The notes beneath the pieces were generated by a model. The model did not search any database and was not told where the DNA came from. It saw only the letters and a program-made list of their open reading frames with translations. A stretch of 64,000 nucleotides of DNA from contig CAXXLX010000001.1 in NCBI GenBank assembly GCA_963665235.2, positions 1,024,001-1,088,000 on the forward strand. The letters are read 5' to 3'. The position numbers and the translations under genes were made by a program. The first letter of the stretch is position 1, and each line of letters starts with the position of its first letter. Shown here piece after piece: positions 19,655-29,879 of the stretch. Source of the stretch: Candidatus Poribacteria bacterium (GTDB lineage Bacteria > Poribacteria > WGA-4E > WGA-3G).

Positions 19655-20740
19655 ATGGCAACTGATAGACAGCTTGAAAAGAAATCGTTCCTATTATCAC
19701 GGCCCTACCTTTTTTATTTAGAGGTTTTTGTGCTCATCGGTTTTGTGGCACTCGCCGCGCTGCACATCCGGCGCGGCGGCGCACAACCTGAACCGCTATC
19801 CCAACAACCCGATAGCTTGCTTGCCGAGGCGGATGCACACTTTGACAAACAGGATTTGAGCCCCGCCTTACGTCTCTATTGGCAAGCATTGCAAGCATTC
19901 GTAGCCGAAAAGTCAGAAGCGAACGCACCTGCCCGATTGCACGCGAACCTCCGCATCGCAGAGATCTACTCACAGAGCAATTGGTTGAAAGATGCAAAAG
20001 CACGCCTAGAATATGCAGCACGTATCCAACCCGAACATGGAGCAGTTCGACTCCTACGCGGCAAACTGTTTCGCAATGAAGGGTTGCTAGAGGAAGCGAC
20101 CGAAGAATTTCTTGCAGTAGTAGAGAATAACCCCAACCACGCTGAAGCGCACTACCTACTCGGTGTACTCTACCAAGGAAACAGGCAGTTTAAACAGGCC
20201 GCTGCCAGATACCGAAGGGCAATTGAAAGCGACCCAAACCTCCAAAACGTAGCCTCCGAAAAAGCCCCTATCGGAATACTCGCCCGACTTCAATTATCCC
20301 GAACCTACAACAGAATGCTTCAGAGCTATATAACCGCGGACCGTGAGCTTACACCTGAAGACTTCAAAGAGATTGCGCGGCTTGAAACACAAGCAATTCT
20401 ACGCTTAGAGCAGGCACTTGAAAAATGGCCCACCCTTAGTGAAATCACCGATGACCTCATCCGCCTGCTCTATGTACGTGCCAAAGCACTTGAACGGGAA
20501 GGCGCAACCCGCCCCTACGCTGACGCACTTCAGGTCTATGAACGTATCGTGGAACTTGACCCAGAAGAGCTTGGAGCCTGGGAACGCATGGCAGAAATCT
20601 ATTACAGCTATCTGGGGAATAAACGGAAAGCCCTGGAAATATACCGGAAAGTCTATGAACTTTCACCCCACCCGAGTACCCTAGCGAACGTCAAATCGCT
20701 TGAAAGAGAGCTAGGAATCGACACAGAATCGACGGAATGA
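19655..20740 (+). CDS. Membrane-anchored TPR protein
   Basis: N-terminal TM helix; repeats such as NPNHAEAHYLLGVLY and YERIVELDP; start uncertain (19598 or 19655). Confidence 0.75.
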   Translation: MATDRQLEKKSFLLSRPYLFYLEVFVLIGFVALAALHIRRGGAQPEPLSQQPDSLLAEADAHFDKQDLSPALRLYWQALQAFVAEKSEANAPARLHANLRIAEIYSQSNWLKDAKARLEYAARIQPEHGAVRLLRGKLFRNEGLLEEATEEFLAVVENNPNHAEAHYLLGVLYQGNRQFKQAAARYRRAIESDPNLQNVASEKAPIGILARLQLSRTYNRMLQSYITADRELTPEDFKEIARLETQAILRLEQALEKWPTLSEITDDLIRLLYVRAKALEREGATRPYADALQVYERIVELDPEELGAWERMAEIYYSYLGNKRKALEIYRKVYELSPHPSTLANVKSLERELGIDTESTE

Positions 20741-20791
20741 TACGGAAACAGAATTCGGGGTGAAACCCCGCTCCCCAAAATGCCCCCGCAT

Positions 20792-21742
20792 TCATGACTG
20801 CTCTATGAGCACTTTAACAGGCTCGCCAAACGTTTCCTCCAAGCGCGTCTTTGTTATTGCTATTGCACTGGCAGCGTTATCAATTCCAATCCAACGACGG
20901 TTCAGTTGTTGAGCTGCATGTAGCGTTGTGCCACTTCCACAAAACGCATCTAACACAATATCCCCCTCTTGACTGGAGGCGGTTATGATTCGTTTCAAGA
21001 GCTTCAACGGTTTCTGTGTCGGATACCCCAAACGTTCCGTATTATTTCTAAAAAGGGGACGAATATCCTCATCCGGAATTAAGCCGGTATCAACCCACCA
21101 ATCGCGCATCTGGACGTATCTATATTTCTGAAGTTCGTCCCGTTTAACGCCTAAACGTTTCCCGCTCGGGGTATGCGGTTCAGGGAGTGTAGGGGTATAG
21201 CTTTTCTGCCGTTGCAGATTTATGTGTGTATCAGCGGCTGTTTTGCTAGATTTCGTATAGAGGTGGAGAATATCATGTTTTCGTGCGAAACCAACGTTGC
21301 GTTGTGGTGTCCCGCCAGTTTTATAACCCCAGACGATTTCGTTCTGATAATTTTGCTCACCAAAAATCGCGTCAAGTAACACTTTGAGATAGTGGCTGGT
21401 AGTTGGGTCACAGTGGAGATAGAAGCAGCCTGCCGGTTTTAAGACACGGTGCAGCTCCAATAAACGGCTCGCCATCATCGTGAGGTATGCCACTTTGTGG
21501 TCGTCTTCAAAGGTTTGACGAAACGCAGTTAGCAGCATGGCAACAGGTTTATGTCCATTCTGTAATTCGGTATAGGCCGCCTCTGTTTCCGAATTCCAAT
21601 GCCAAATATCTCTGAACGCGCCTTTGTAATCGATATGTGAATTGAAGGGCGGGTCTGCATAGAGCAGGTCCACACTTTCATCTCGAATATATTGTCTTAA
21701 AATGTGGAGGTTGTCCCCGTGGTAAAGCACGTGAGTCTGCAT
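20792..21742 (-). CDS. Orphan beta-class N6-adenine/N4-cytosine DNA methyltransferase
   Basis: GDNL..L and DLLYADPPFN precede YPTQKP and DAFCGSGTT. Confidence 0.9.
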   Translation of the reverse strand: MQTHVLYHGDNLHILRQYIRDESVDLLYADPPFNSHIDYKGAFRDIWHWNSETEAAYTELQNGHKPVAMLLTAFRQTFEDDHKVAYLTMMASRLLELHRVLKPAGCFYLHCDPTTSHYLKVLLDAIFGEQNYQNEIVWGYKTGGTPQRNVGFARKHDILHLYTKSSKTAADTHINLQRQKSYTPTLPEPHTPSGKRLGVKRDELQKYRYVQMRDWWVDTGLIPDEDIRPLFRNNTERLGYPTQKPLKLLKRIITASSQEGDIVLDAFCGSGTTLHAAQQLNRRWIGIDNAASAIAITKTRLEETFGEPVKVLIEQS

Positions 21743-21757
21743 CGGTTTGAATCATGT

Positions 21758-23532
21758 CCGATGATATTAACCTATCTATTTCCGTGGAATACTATGTATT
21801 TCACATCTTAGACGGTTTGCAAGTTGCTTATAGAAAGCAACCAGGGTTCATCTACCAAAGCACGCAGAAATATCCCGCGTGCGCCGTTCAAATCTCTGTC
21901 CATCGTCCGACCTGCGCCATCTTTGATAACTTTAGCACCGCCTAAGTTTTTGACAATCTCACCTGTCCACGACACGGTTTTTGATGTATACGCTTCACAA
22001 ACATCTACCACAAGACACCCCGTTTCTTTTGCTTTATGCTTAAGGAACTGTTTGAAACGGTAATGAGAGAGGGTCAGCATTTGGCGTGCGGTTTTCTTAT
22101 GGAGTTTGCGTCCACTTTTGCACGTCATTTGAGAAGTCTCAAAAGTGGGGAGTAAGATGATATCAAAGTTATCTACAAGCCAGCGTGCGACTTTCTTATG
22201 AAGTTCATCAATAAGATTGCGTATTTTGCGGCGAAGCCGTTTTGCTGCGTTTCGCATATTGCGGCGTTGTGGGCGTTTTGCTTTTGCAGCCCGGCTGAGT
22301 AGGTCGTCGAGATATGAACAAAGTCGTTGGATTTTATTGATAGCGTGGTGTCCAAGCCAGCCGAAGCCATCTTCACAAAAATAGGTGAGAAACGTTCTGA
22401 TACCGGGGTCAAGTGCGACAACACGCCCGCTTGGTTCTCGCTTTCGTATCGTCACACTATAACTGACACACAAATAGTAGTGTGTGCCATCTTTGACTAA
22501 GCGGGAGTCTTTGATATTTTCAGGGAGACGCTCACTGAGTCTAAGTTTTCCTAACTTTGTGTGATAGACACCCTTTTCAGATATGGCACCTTTGGGTATA
22601 AAGATAGACTGTTTATCGTTTTTCCGACTACGGAACTTCACGCATTGAAATGTGCTTCTCTGCTGATAGTCTATTTTCGCGTTCTGGACAGCTTGACAGG
22701 CATCCCGAATAGCAACTGACTTGACTTGATAAGGAACAGCCTTCGCCCAATCGGGTAAGTCGTCAAGGATACCTGTCTTAATCGCCATCCAGTTCGCTTT
22801 TGTCTCAGGCTGACGCAAATAGTCAATCGCTTTGTTATAGACAAAACGAGATGTGCCTATCCATTGACGCAGCGTCTCACGCTGTTCCGGTGTCGGATAG
22901 ACTCTTATCTTCTTTGATTTTGTTACGGTAACTTCGGAGTCCGCGCAGTCTGCAACTGAAGACAGGCAGGATTGCGAGAAGATTGGATGTGAGGTCTTCT
23001 TGTCGACTGTGTTCTGTTTGGTCAAAAACCACGAGTTCGCCAACGTTTTGTTCAATGAGGTATCGAATAAGGGCGATACTGAACCGGGCGAGACGAGCCC
23101 GATGGGCAATAACAACCTAGAGCTTATCACCTTGCATAAGCCGGTCCAATAAGGTTCTAACCCCTTTTCTTTTGAATTTGAGACCACTACCGATGTCTCT
23201 AATGATTTCTGCTTCGGGGTAGATACTTCGCATATACGCGACTTGTCGTTCAAGGGCATCTCTTTGGTTTGGGCTGGACACCCTGCAATAGCAAAGAGTG
23301 GTCCTTGGTTTTGATTTGCTTTTGATGGACCCATCAACATCATAGCGTCATGTCCGCCTCCTGTGCGGGTTGTCCCAATCTTTCCTTCATTTGCTAATCT
23401 CCTTAAGTGATTCGGGGTCCAATCCAGCATTTCCGATGCTGGACGGCGCGGATACATAAGTCATATATATTGTAACACAAATATATTGAAATGTCAAGAA
23501 AAATATAGATTTTATGCTACTGTTCCGCAACC
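21758..23532 (-). mobile_element. IS607-family element, copy 2 (subtype B, non-autonomous)
   Basis: Same ends as the other copies; nearly identical to copy 4; tnpA has TAG at 23117-23119 and frameshifts. Confidence 0.92.
21808..23457 (-). CDS. tnpB: IS607 TnpB (pro-Fanzor type); a 1-nt deletion joins the TnpA HTH frame to the TnpB frame
   Basis: ALDPG, ILLP, EAYTSKT and DRDLNGA; gcgtca versus gcgtcca in copy 4 near 23349. Confidence 0.85.
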   Translation of the reverse strand: MYPRRPASEMLDWTPNHLRRLANEGKIGTTRTGGGHDAMMLMGPSKANQNQGPLFAIAGCPAQTKEMPLNDKSRICEVSTPKQKSLETSVVVSNSKEKGLEPYWTGLCKVISSRLLLPIGLVSPGSVSPLFDTSLNKTLANSWFLTKQNTVDKKTSHPIFSQSCLSSVADCADSEVTVTKSKKIRVYPTPEQRETLRQWIGTSRFVYNKAIDYLRQPETKANWMAIKTGILDDLPDWAKAVPYQVKSVAIRDACQAVQNAKIDYQQRSTFQCVKFRSRKNDKQSIFIPKGAISEKGVYHTKLGKLRLSERLPENIKDSRLVKDGTHYYLCVSYSVTIRKREPSGRVVALDPGIRTFLTYFCEDGFGWLGHHAINKIQRLCSYLDDLLSRAAKAKRPQRRNMRNAAKRLRRKIRNLIDELHKKVARWLVDNFDIILLPTFETSQMTCKSGRKLHKKTARQMLTLSHYRFKQFLKHKAKETGCLVVDVCEAYTSKTVSWTGEIVKNLGGAKVIKDGAGRTMDRDLNGARGIFLRALVDEPWLLSISNLQTV

Positions 23533-23654
23533 TCATAGTCGGCTATTGCAATTGTTAGAAGTGGATCGATACAAATAACAAGTTATGCGCCTCACTTTGT
23601 CACAACCCGCCTGCCAACAGCGGCGGCAGGCGAGCGGAGGCCATGATTCAAAAT

Positions 23655-23999
23655 CTTGAGTTGAGAATAAGCCGGATTCTGTATATGATGGTCATTCATC
23701 TGGGATTAATGTTTCCACTAACCTCAAGCGGTTACCTGGGAACGAGGCGGGCACGCCTTCGAATGTCCCCTATTTTACCTTGCTCCAGATGGGGTTTACC
23801 GAGCCCCATAAGTCACCTTATGGGCTGGTGCGCTTTTACCGCACCGTTTCACCTGTACAACGTTTTGAGGCGTTGTAGTCTACTCTCTGTTGCACTTTCC
23901 ATAGCGTCGCCGCTCCTGGGTGTTATCCAGCATCCTGCCCTGTGGAGTCCGGACTTTCCTCATCCCGTTTTCGGGACGCGACCATCTACTCAACTCAAG
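23655..23999 (-). ncRNA. rnpB: RNase P RNA (bacterial type A)
   Basis: Minus strand has GAGGAAAGTCCGGACTCCACAGGGCAGGATGCTGG, GGTAAACCCCATCTGGAGCAAG and ACAGAATCCGGCTTA; P1 stem cttgagttgag/ctcaactcaag. Confidence 0.97.
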
Positions 24000-24006
24000 T
24001 CTTTTT

Positions 24007-24036
24007 ATTATACCATATATAGGTTCTTCCTAGCAA
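24007..24036 (-). promoter_or_regulatory. rnpB promoter
   Basis: TTGCTA-18 bp-TATAAT with extended -10 TG, ending ~7 nt upstream of P1. Confidence 0.7.
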
Positions 24037-24162
24037 TACCAATTTTTTGCGGACGCTTTGTGCACTACTTTAGTGGCTATTTGTGGGTGGCTCACCCCGT
24101 TTGCATGCGCGCCTACGAAGCGCGCCTACAAACGGGTAAAGGAGCCCAGGGATACTAAAAGT

Positions 24163-27100
24163 TTAAGAACAACCACTAGTTGCGCCGCAATTGGTGCATC
24201 GGTGGCAATTTCCGCTGCGCATCATAAGGGAACCGCACACGTGACACGGAGGAGCATCAGCGTGCAGGAGGAAAACCTGCTTCTCATGGGCTGCCCAGGA
24301 ATCGGTATCTCCGTTATTGCCGTGTCCAAATGGGTGGAGTGCTTCAGGGAGTGCCAGCTGTTCATCAAGTTTGAAAACATCGGCAGATTCATCAGAATCT
24401 AGAAACTCCTTACCGAGCCATCGGAAGACATAATCAATAATTGATTTCGCTCTCGGGATTTCCGGATTCTGTGTGAAACCTGACGGTTCGAATTGTACAT
24501 AGCTGAACTTATTGACCAGCGATTCCAAAGGCACACCGTATTGCAACGCGACGGAGGTAAGGATTGCGACCGAGTCCATGAGGCCCGATATCATAGAGCC
24601 CTCTTTGCTCATTCGGATGAAAACTTCCCCCGGGGGGCCATCTTCATAAAATCCGACGTGTATATACCCTTCATGTCCGGCGACGCTGAATTTGTGTCCG
24701 ATAGCTCTGCGTGTGTCAGCGAGACGTTTCCTGACGGGTCGTTCAGTCGGTGCGTCAACGACTTCAGCCGTTTCGTCCTGCGCCTCCTGCTGACTCTGCG
24801 TTGAGAGGGGCTGGCTGCCTTTGCTGCCATCCCGATAAATCGCAAGACATTTAACATCGCGGCGCCACGCCTCCACATACAGCGTTTTTATATCGTTCAC
24901 TGTCGCATCATGCGGGACGTTCACTGTCTTGGAGATAGCCCCAGAAATAAAGGGCTGCACGGAGGCCATCAATTTGAGGGGGCCCATGTGATTAATATAG
25001 CGCGTGCCATGTTTACCACATTGCACAGCACAATCAAAGATAGGGTAATGCTTCGAAGAGAGATGCGGTGCACCTTCAACGGTACCAGTACCACAGATGA
25101 TTTCTTCAGCCGTCGCAATTTCGTCCGGGTCAAAACCGATTGTCGTCAGGAGGTTAAAGTTAGGCGCTGCCGCTTTCTCGGCTGCTATGCCTAACCGCTC
25201 CAAGCATTCATCGCTGAGGAAACCGGGGGCGAATGCGAGAGTGAGGTCAAACGCGCTTGGCAACCTCTCCTCAACGCACGCGATGTCTTCGTCCGTGAAA
25301 CCCTTCGCTTTGAGAGCCTCCGGATTGATATACGGGGTACCTTCGAGCGTTCCGGTCCCAACGAGGTGTGTGACAATCGCCTCAATCTGTTGCGGCATGT
25401 AACCGAGTTTGCTCAGGGCATCGTGAACGCTTTGGTTAACAATCTTCATGTAACCGCCACCTGCCAACTTCTTGAATTTGACGAGTGCGAATTCCGGTTC
25501 AATTCCGGTTGTATCACAATCCATCAAGAGGGCGATTGTGCCTGTCGGTGCGATGACACTAATTTGGGAGTTCCGATAGCCCCACTGTTCACCGTTTTGA
25601 AGGCAGATATTCCAATCCTCATGTGCTGCATCTAGAAGGCTCGGCGGGCAAACAGTCGCATCAAGTTGGTATGCTGCTTCGCGGTGCATACGGATGACCG
25701 CTAACATCGAGTCTCGATTCTCCGCGTATCCTTCGAAAGGTCCGATACTTTTCGAAATTTCCGCACTAGTTCTGTAGCCGTGTCCACTCATAATCGCGGA
25801 GATAGCACCAGCATAAGCGCGCGCTTCAGGGCTGTCGTAAGGAATACCCAAGCGCATCAGCATTGCCCCTAAGTTCGCAAAACCGAGACCGAGAGGGCGA
25901 TATTGGTGAGAACGTTCCGCTATTTTTTCTGTCGGGTACGAAGAAAAATCAACGATGATTTCCATCGCAGTGATGAAAACGCGTACCGTTGCGCGGAACC
26001 CTTCAACGTCAAAACTGTTATCCGCATTTAGAAACTTTGTGAGGTTAATGCTGGCAAGGTTGCACGCGGAGTCGTCTAAAAAGAGGTATTCGCTGCACGG
26101 ATTACTTGCATTAATTCTGTCTGTCTCCTTACAGGTGTGCCATTTTTGAATAGTGTCGTCAAACTGGACCCCAGGGTCAGCACAAGCCCATGCAGCATAA
26201 GCGATTTTTTCCATGAGGGTTTTTGCTTCGTACTCGGCAGCGACTTTGCCACTTGTGCGATAGGTTGTCTTCCAGGATTCACCTTCTAGATAAGCCTCCA
26301 TGAAAGCATTCGGAATTCGGACAGAGTTATTGCTATTCTGACCACTGATAGTACTGTATGCTTCCCCGTTGAAGTCGGCGGGGTATCCGGCGGCGATAAG
26401 TGCTTTCGCCTTTTTTTCCTCCTTCAGTTTCCAGTCGATATAATCAACGATTTCTGGGTGGTCCATGTCGAGAATAACCATCTTCGCAGCGCGGCGCGTT
26501 GTACCACCGGACTTAATACTGCCTGCCCACCGGTCGAATCCTTCAAGGAAGGAGAGCACGCCGGAACTTTCACCACCGCTGGAGAGGTGTTCACCTTTGG
26601 CGCGCACCTTGCTGAAATTTGAACCGGTGCCACTTCCGTACTTAAAGAGACGCACCTCGGAGCGTTGCAGCTCAAGCATAGAGTCCAAAGAATCGTCAAC
26701 GCTCTGTATAAAACAGGCAGAATTCTGAGGGTGCTGATACGCATTAGTGGAAACCCCCACTTTTTGGGCATCCGTGTCCCAGAAGTAGTTGCCACCGCCA
26801 CCCTCAATGTCGTATTCATGCCATAGACCACAGTTAAACCAAACAGGGGAATTGAATGCACCACGCTGGGTGACAAGGATATGTGTCAATTCCATTTCAA
26901 ACGTTTCAGCGTCTTCAGGGGTAGCGAAATAGCCGCCGAATTCCTCACCGACGCGGCGGAGCGTACGGGCAACACGCGTCACCAATTGGCGGACGCTGTC
27001 CTCCGCATCAACCTCCGGAACCCCCGCTTTCCGGAAATATTTAGAGGCAGCAATATCGGTTGCCAGCTGTGTCCAAGCGGTCGGCACTTCAACTTGGTTC

Positions 27101-27282
27101 TGTTTAAAGATAACATCGCCCTTCTCGTTGTAGATAGCGGCATCACGGCGTTCCCACTCAAGCGATTCGTATGGGTGAACCCCCGGGGTCGTAAAGTAAC
27201 GGCTGAAGGCGAGCCCCATCCGGTTACCTGCTTCCGGATGTTTTCCCTCTTCACCAATTTCTTTGGGCGTATTAGAGGCCAT
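24163..27282 (-). CDS. nrdJ: Vitamin B12-dependent (class II) ribonucleotide reductase
   Basis: FNSPVWFN, SACFI, GGTTRRAAKM, NPCSEY, APTGT, SGAISKTVN and YRDGSK; C-terminal TSCPD-like and zinc-ribbon domains. Confidence 0.95.
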   Translation of the reverse strand: MASNTPKEIGEEGKHPEAGNRMGLAFSRYFTTPGVHPYESLEWERRDAAIYNEKGDVIFKQNQVEVPTAWTQLATDIAASKYFRKAGVPEVDAEDSVRQLVTRVARTLRRVGEEFGGYFATPEDAETFEMELTHILVTQRGAFNSPVWFNCGLWHEYDIEGGGGNYFWDTDAQKVGVSTNAYQHPQNSACFIQSVDDSLDSMLELQRSEVRLFKYGSGTGSNFSKVRAKGEHLSSGGESSGVLSFLEGFDRWAGSIKSGGTTRRAAKMVILDMDHPEIVDYIDWKLKEEKKAKALIAAGYPADFNGEAYSTISGQNSNNSVRIPNAFMEAYLEGESWKTTYRTSGKVAAEYEAKTLMEKIAYAAWACADPGVQFDDTIQKWHTCKETDRINASNPCSEYLFLDDSACNLASINLTKFLNADNSFDVEGFRATVRVFITAMEIIVDFSSYPTEKIAERSHQYRPLGLGFANLGAMLMRLGIPYDSPEARAYAGAISAIMSGHGYRTSAEISKSIGPFEGYAENRDSMLAVIRMHREAAYQLDATVCPPSLLDAAHEDWNICLQNGEQWGYRNSQISVIAPTGTIALLMDCDTTGIEPEFALVKFKKLAGGGYMKIVNQSVHDALSKLGYMPQQIEAIVTHLVGTGTLEGTPYINPEALKAKGFTDEDIACVEERLPSAFDLTLAFAPGFLSDECLERLGIAAEKAAAPNFNLLTTIGFDPDEIATAEEIICGTGTVEGAPHLSSKHYPIFDCAVQCGKHGTRYINHMGPLKLMASVQPFISGAISKTVNVPHDATVNDIKTLYVEAWRRDVKCLAIYRDGSKGSQPLSTQSQQEAQDETAEVVDAPTERPVRKRLADTRRAIGHKFSVAGHEGYIHVGFYEDGPPGEVFIRMSKEGSMISGLMDSVAILTSVALQYGVPLESLVNKFSYVQFEPSGFTQNPEIPRAKSIIDYVFRWLGKEFLDSDESADVFKLDEQLALPEALHPFGHGNNGDTDSWAAHEKQVFLLHADAPPCHVCGSLMMRSGNCHRCTNCGATSGCS

Positions 27283-27614
27283 ATTTCTCCTTCCTTATAT
27301 TAGGATAGGCTCAGGGCATCCCTTTCGGGGCACTAAGCGAATGAAGCGTTCTGTACACACACCTCTAGCGCATGTTTGGAACGGTTTTTGTTCTGTTGGC
27401 TTGCTTCGGAGGCACGCGCAACGTCCGGTTTTTGCCATCTAGAATCTCGCGATATGTGAAAAAAATATGATTCCTATTGCGTACAAAAGATGACATTTTT
27501 TTGAATTTATGCTATAGTAATATGATACTAGAAAACGCGAAATTTTGCAAGAAAAAAATACGATTTTTTATTTTTTCCGACAAAAATTTCCATCAGCGTA
27601 AACGAAGGATTTCA

Positions 27615-28976
27615 ATGAGAAAAACGCGGGGCGATTTGACCCAAGGGGGACTTCTGCAGCATCTGTTACGGCTTGCTGTCCCGATGACATGCGGCTACAT
27701 TCTCCAAGATGCATTTAATGTCGTAGATATGATTTTCGTCGGAAGGCTCGGGCCAGCTGCTATCGCCGCAGTCGGGGTGAGCGGGAATTTACTGAGGTTA
27801 ATCAGCGTTTTCTCACTCGGAATTTCAACCGGTGCTGGAATTATAGTGGCACAATACCTCGGCGCGCGGAACCATGCACAAGCAGCACACGTAGCGATGC
27901 AGGCAATTCTATTAGCAATCCTATTCGCTATCGGCATCGGCATTATCGGTTATCCGTTAGCAACACACGGTTTGCGGGCAGTGAGAATAGAAGACCCGGA
28001 GGTGCTACGGCTCGGTACAACCTATATGCATATTATTCTCGTCGGCATTAGCACAATGTTTTTGTCGATGACGCTCGGTGCTATCTTCCGTGCCGGGGGG
28101 GATGCCGTTACGCCGATGGTCGTCCTGATTTTCTCAACGGCGATTAACATTATCCTCGACCCGCTGCTGATTTTTGGAATAGGCATATTTCCGAAACTAG
28201 GCGTAGCCGGCTCAGCTTATGCAACGCTTATCGGGCGCGGTATAGGCGTAGTTGTACTGCTTTACATATCCTGGCGCGGACGCGCACCTATCTCCTTACG
28301 CTATGTTCAATACCGCATGGACCTCATAGAAATGCTTGACATTTTACGGTTAGGCGTTTATAGTTCTATGCAAGGATTTTGGCGGCATTTATCACGACTC
28401 GGTTTTTTATGGGTCATCGGACCGTATGGAAAGTACGCGGTCGCAGCCTATACAATTTGTATGCGCCTCCGGATAGTCGTGATGAACCCCGGCTTCGGAA
28501 TTGCCAACGCAGTCGCACCGTTAGTCGGTCAAAACTTGGGAGCAAACCAGCAGGGCCGCGCCGAAAAAGCAACCCGATTAGGCAACATATTAGGCACAAC
28601 GCTTATGGCAACGGTCGGCGCACTTTTTCTTATTTTTCCGCAGGTGTTCCTCCAGATTTTTACCGAAGACCAGCAGGTTATCAAAATCGGGACTGTCTAC
28701 CTTCAGTTTCTATCGCTCACATTCGGATTTATCGCCTTCTCGCTTGTGCTAGGCAAAGCACTCAACGGGGCCGGAGATACGTTCTCGCCCATGATTATTA
28801 CCCTAGCATCTCAGATGGGAATCGGCTTAGGGCTAGTGCTTCTGTTTTCACACATGATAGGACTTCAGGGGGTCTGGCTCGGCATCGCACTCTCAAACGT
28901 TGTGCAAGGTATCGCTATGTGGTTCTGGTATCGTACCGGAAAATGGAAAACAAAGAAGGTAATTAAAAATCGGTAG
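27615..28976 (+). CDS. MATE family efflux transporter
   Basis: DLTQG, VDMIFVGRLG, GDAVTPM, NIILDPLLIFG and GQNLGA; about 12 TM helices. Confidence 0.92.
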   Translation: MRKTRGDLTQGGLLQHLLRLAVPMTCGYILQDAFNVVDMIFVGRLGPAAIAAVGVSGNLLRLISVFSLGISTGAGIIVAQYLGARNHAQAAHVAMQAILLAILFAIGIGIIGYPLATHGLRAVRIEDPEVLRLGTTYMHIILVGISTMFLSMTLGAIFRAGGDAVTPMVVLIFSTAINIILDPLLIFGIGIFPKLGVAGSAYATLIGRGIGVVVLLYISWRGRAPISLRYVQYRMDLIEMLDILRLGVYSSMQGFWRHLSRLGFLWVIGPYGKYAVAAYTICMRLRIVVMNPGFGIANAVAPLVGQNLGANQQGRAEKATRLGNILGTTLMATVGALFLIFPQVFLQIFTEDQQVIKIGTVYLQFLSLTFGFIAFSLVLGKALNGAGDTFSPMIITLASQMGIGLGLVLLFSHMIGLQGVWLGIALSNVVQGIAMWFWYRTGKWKTKKVIKNR

Positions 28977-29034
28977 GTAGATGTACCTATCTGCTAAGGA
29001 CGCGCACACTTCATCGCGCAAAGGAGAATTTTAA

Positions 29035-29874
29035 ATGACATACAAAGGCTACGAAAACCCACAACTAATTATATCCGCAGCGGAACTGAAAGAGGCACTA
29101 TCAGACGAAACGTTCTGTATCGTCGACACACGGCCGACGTACGAATACATGCGTGGACATATCCCCGGCGCACTTCACCTCGACCTCTTCGGCTTGAGCC
29201 TCATCAACACCCGTAAGGAGACATTTGATGCATTTATGTGGATGATAGCTTACCTATTCCAACAACGGGGACTTGACCCAAGGAAACCAATCGTGTGGTA
29301 CGAGGACATTTCGGGAACCCGTGCCTCGCGCGGTTTCTGGTTCTGCGAATATTTGGGACACTCTGAAACACGGCTGCTGGATGGCGGGTTTAGAGCATGG
29401 TTAGCAGCAGAAGGGGCCATCAGCACGGATGGCGTTGAACCACCAGAGGTGCCGCAATTTCCGATAACAGCACAACACAATACACACATGGATGCTGATG
29501 TCATTCGTGTGCTGCTGAATCGCGAGGATTTTATCCCGCTGGATACACGCACGGCTGATGAACACTACGGTAAGGTGGCACGGGCCGAACGCGCAGGAGC
29601 TATCCCAGGGTCCATCCATGTGGAATGGCTCAATAACCTCGACGAGACAGGCGCGTTCAAACATGCAGATGCGCTCCGGGCGATGTACGACGCTGTCGGC
29701 ATCACACCAGAGAAACAGATAATGTGCTACTGACAAGGGGGATACCGCTCCTCCCAAACCTACGTGGCGTTACGGCTCTTGGGTCATCCAAAGGTAAGCA
29801 ACTACATAGGGTCTTGGAAAGAGTGGGGAGACCGGCTGGATTTGCCGGTCGAAATTCCTGAAGCAGAGGCATAG
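29035..29874 (+). CDS. Two-domain rhodanese/sulfurtransferase with probable UGA-encoded selenocysteine at the active site (279 aa)
   Basis: The TGA at 29731 sits at the catalytic Cys position: IMCY-TGA-QGGYRSSQTYVALRLLGHPKVSNYIGSWKEWG...; the frame stays open to TAG at 29874. Confidence 0.85.
29734..29755 (+). promoter_or_regulatory. Candidate bacterial SECIS hairpin
   Basis: GGGGGA-UACCGC-UCCUCC stem-loop immediately 3' of the UGA; fold judged by eye. Confidence 0.45.
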
Positions 29875-29879
29875 AGACA

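Noticed and set aside
23643-24158. 171-aa plus-strand ORF
   Set aside because: It is the antisense of RNase P RNA, a common spurious call
27283-27600. Cobalamin riboswitch or NrdR boxes upstream of nrdJ
   Set aside because: No convincing B12-box or NrdR palindrome by eye; an Rfam or PWM scan would be needed
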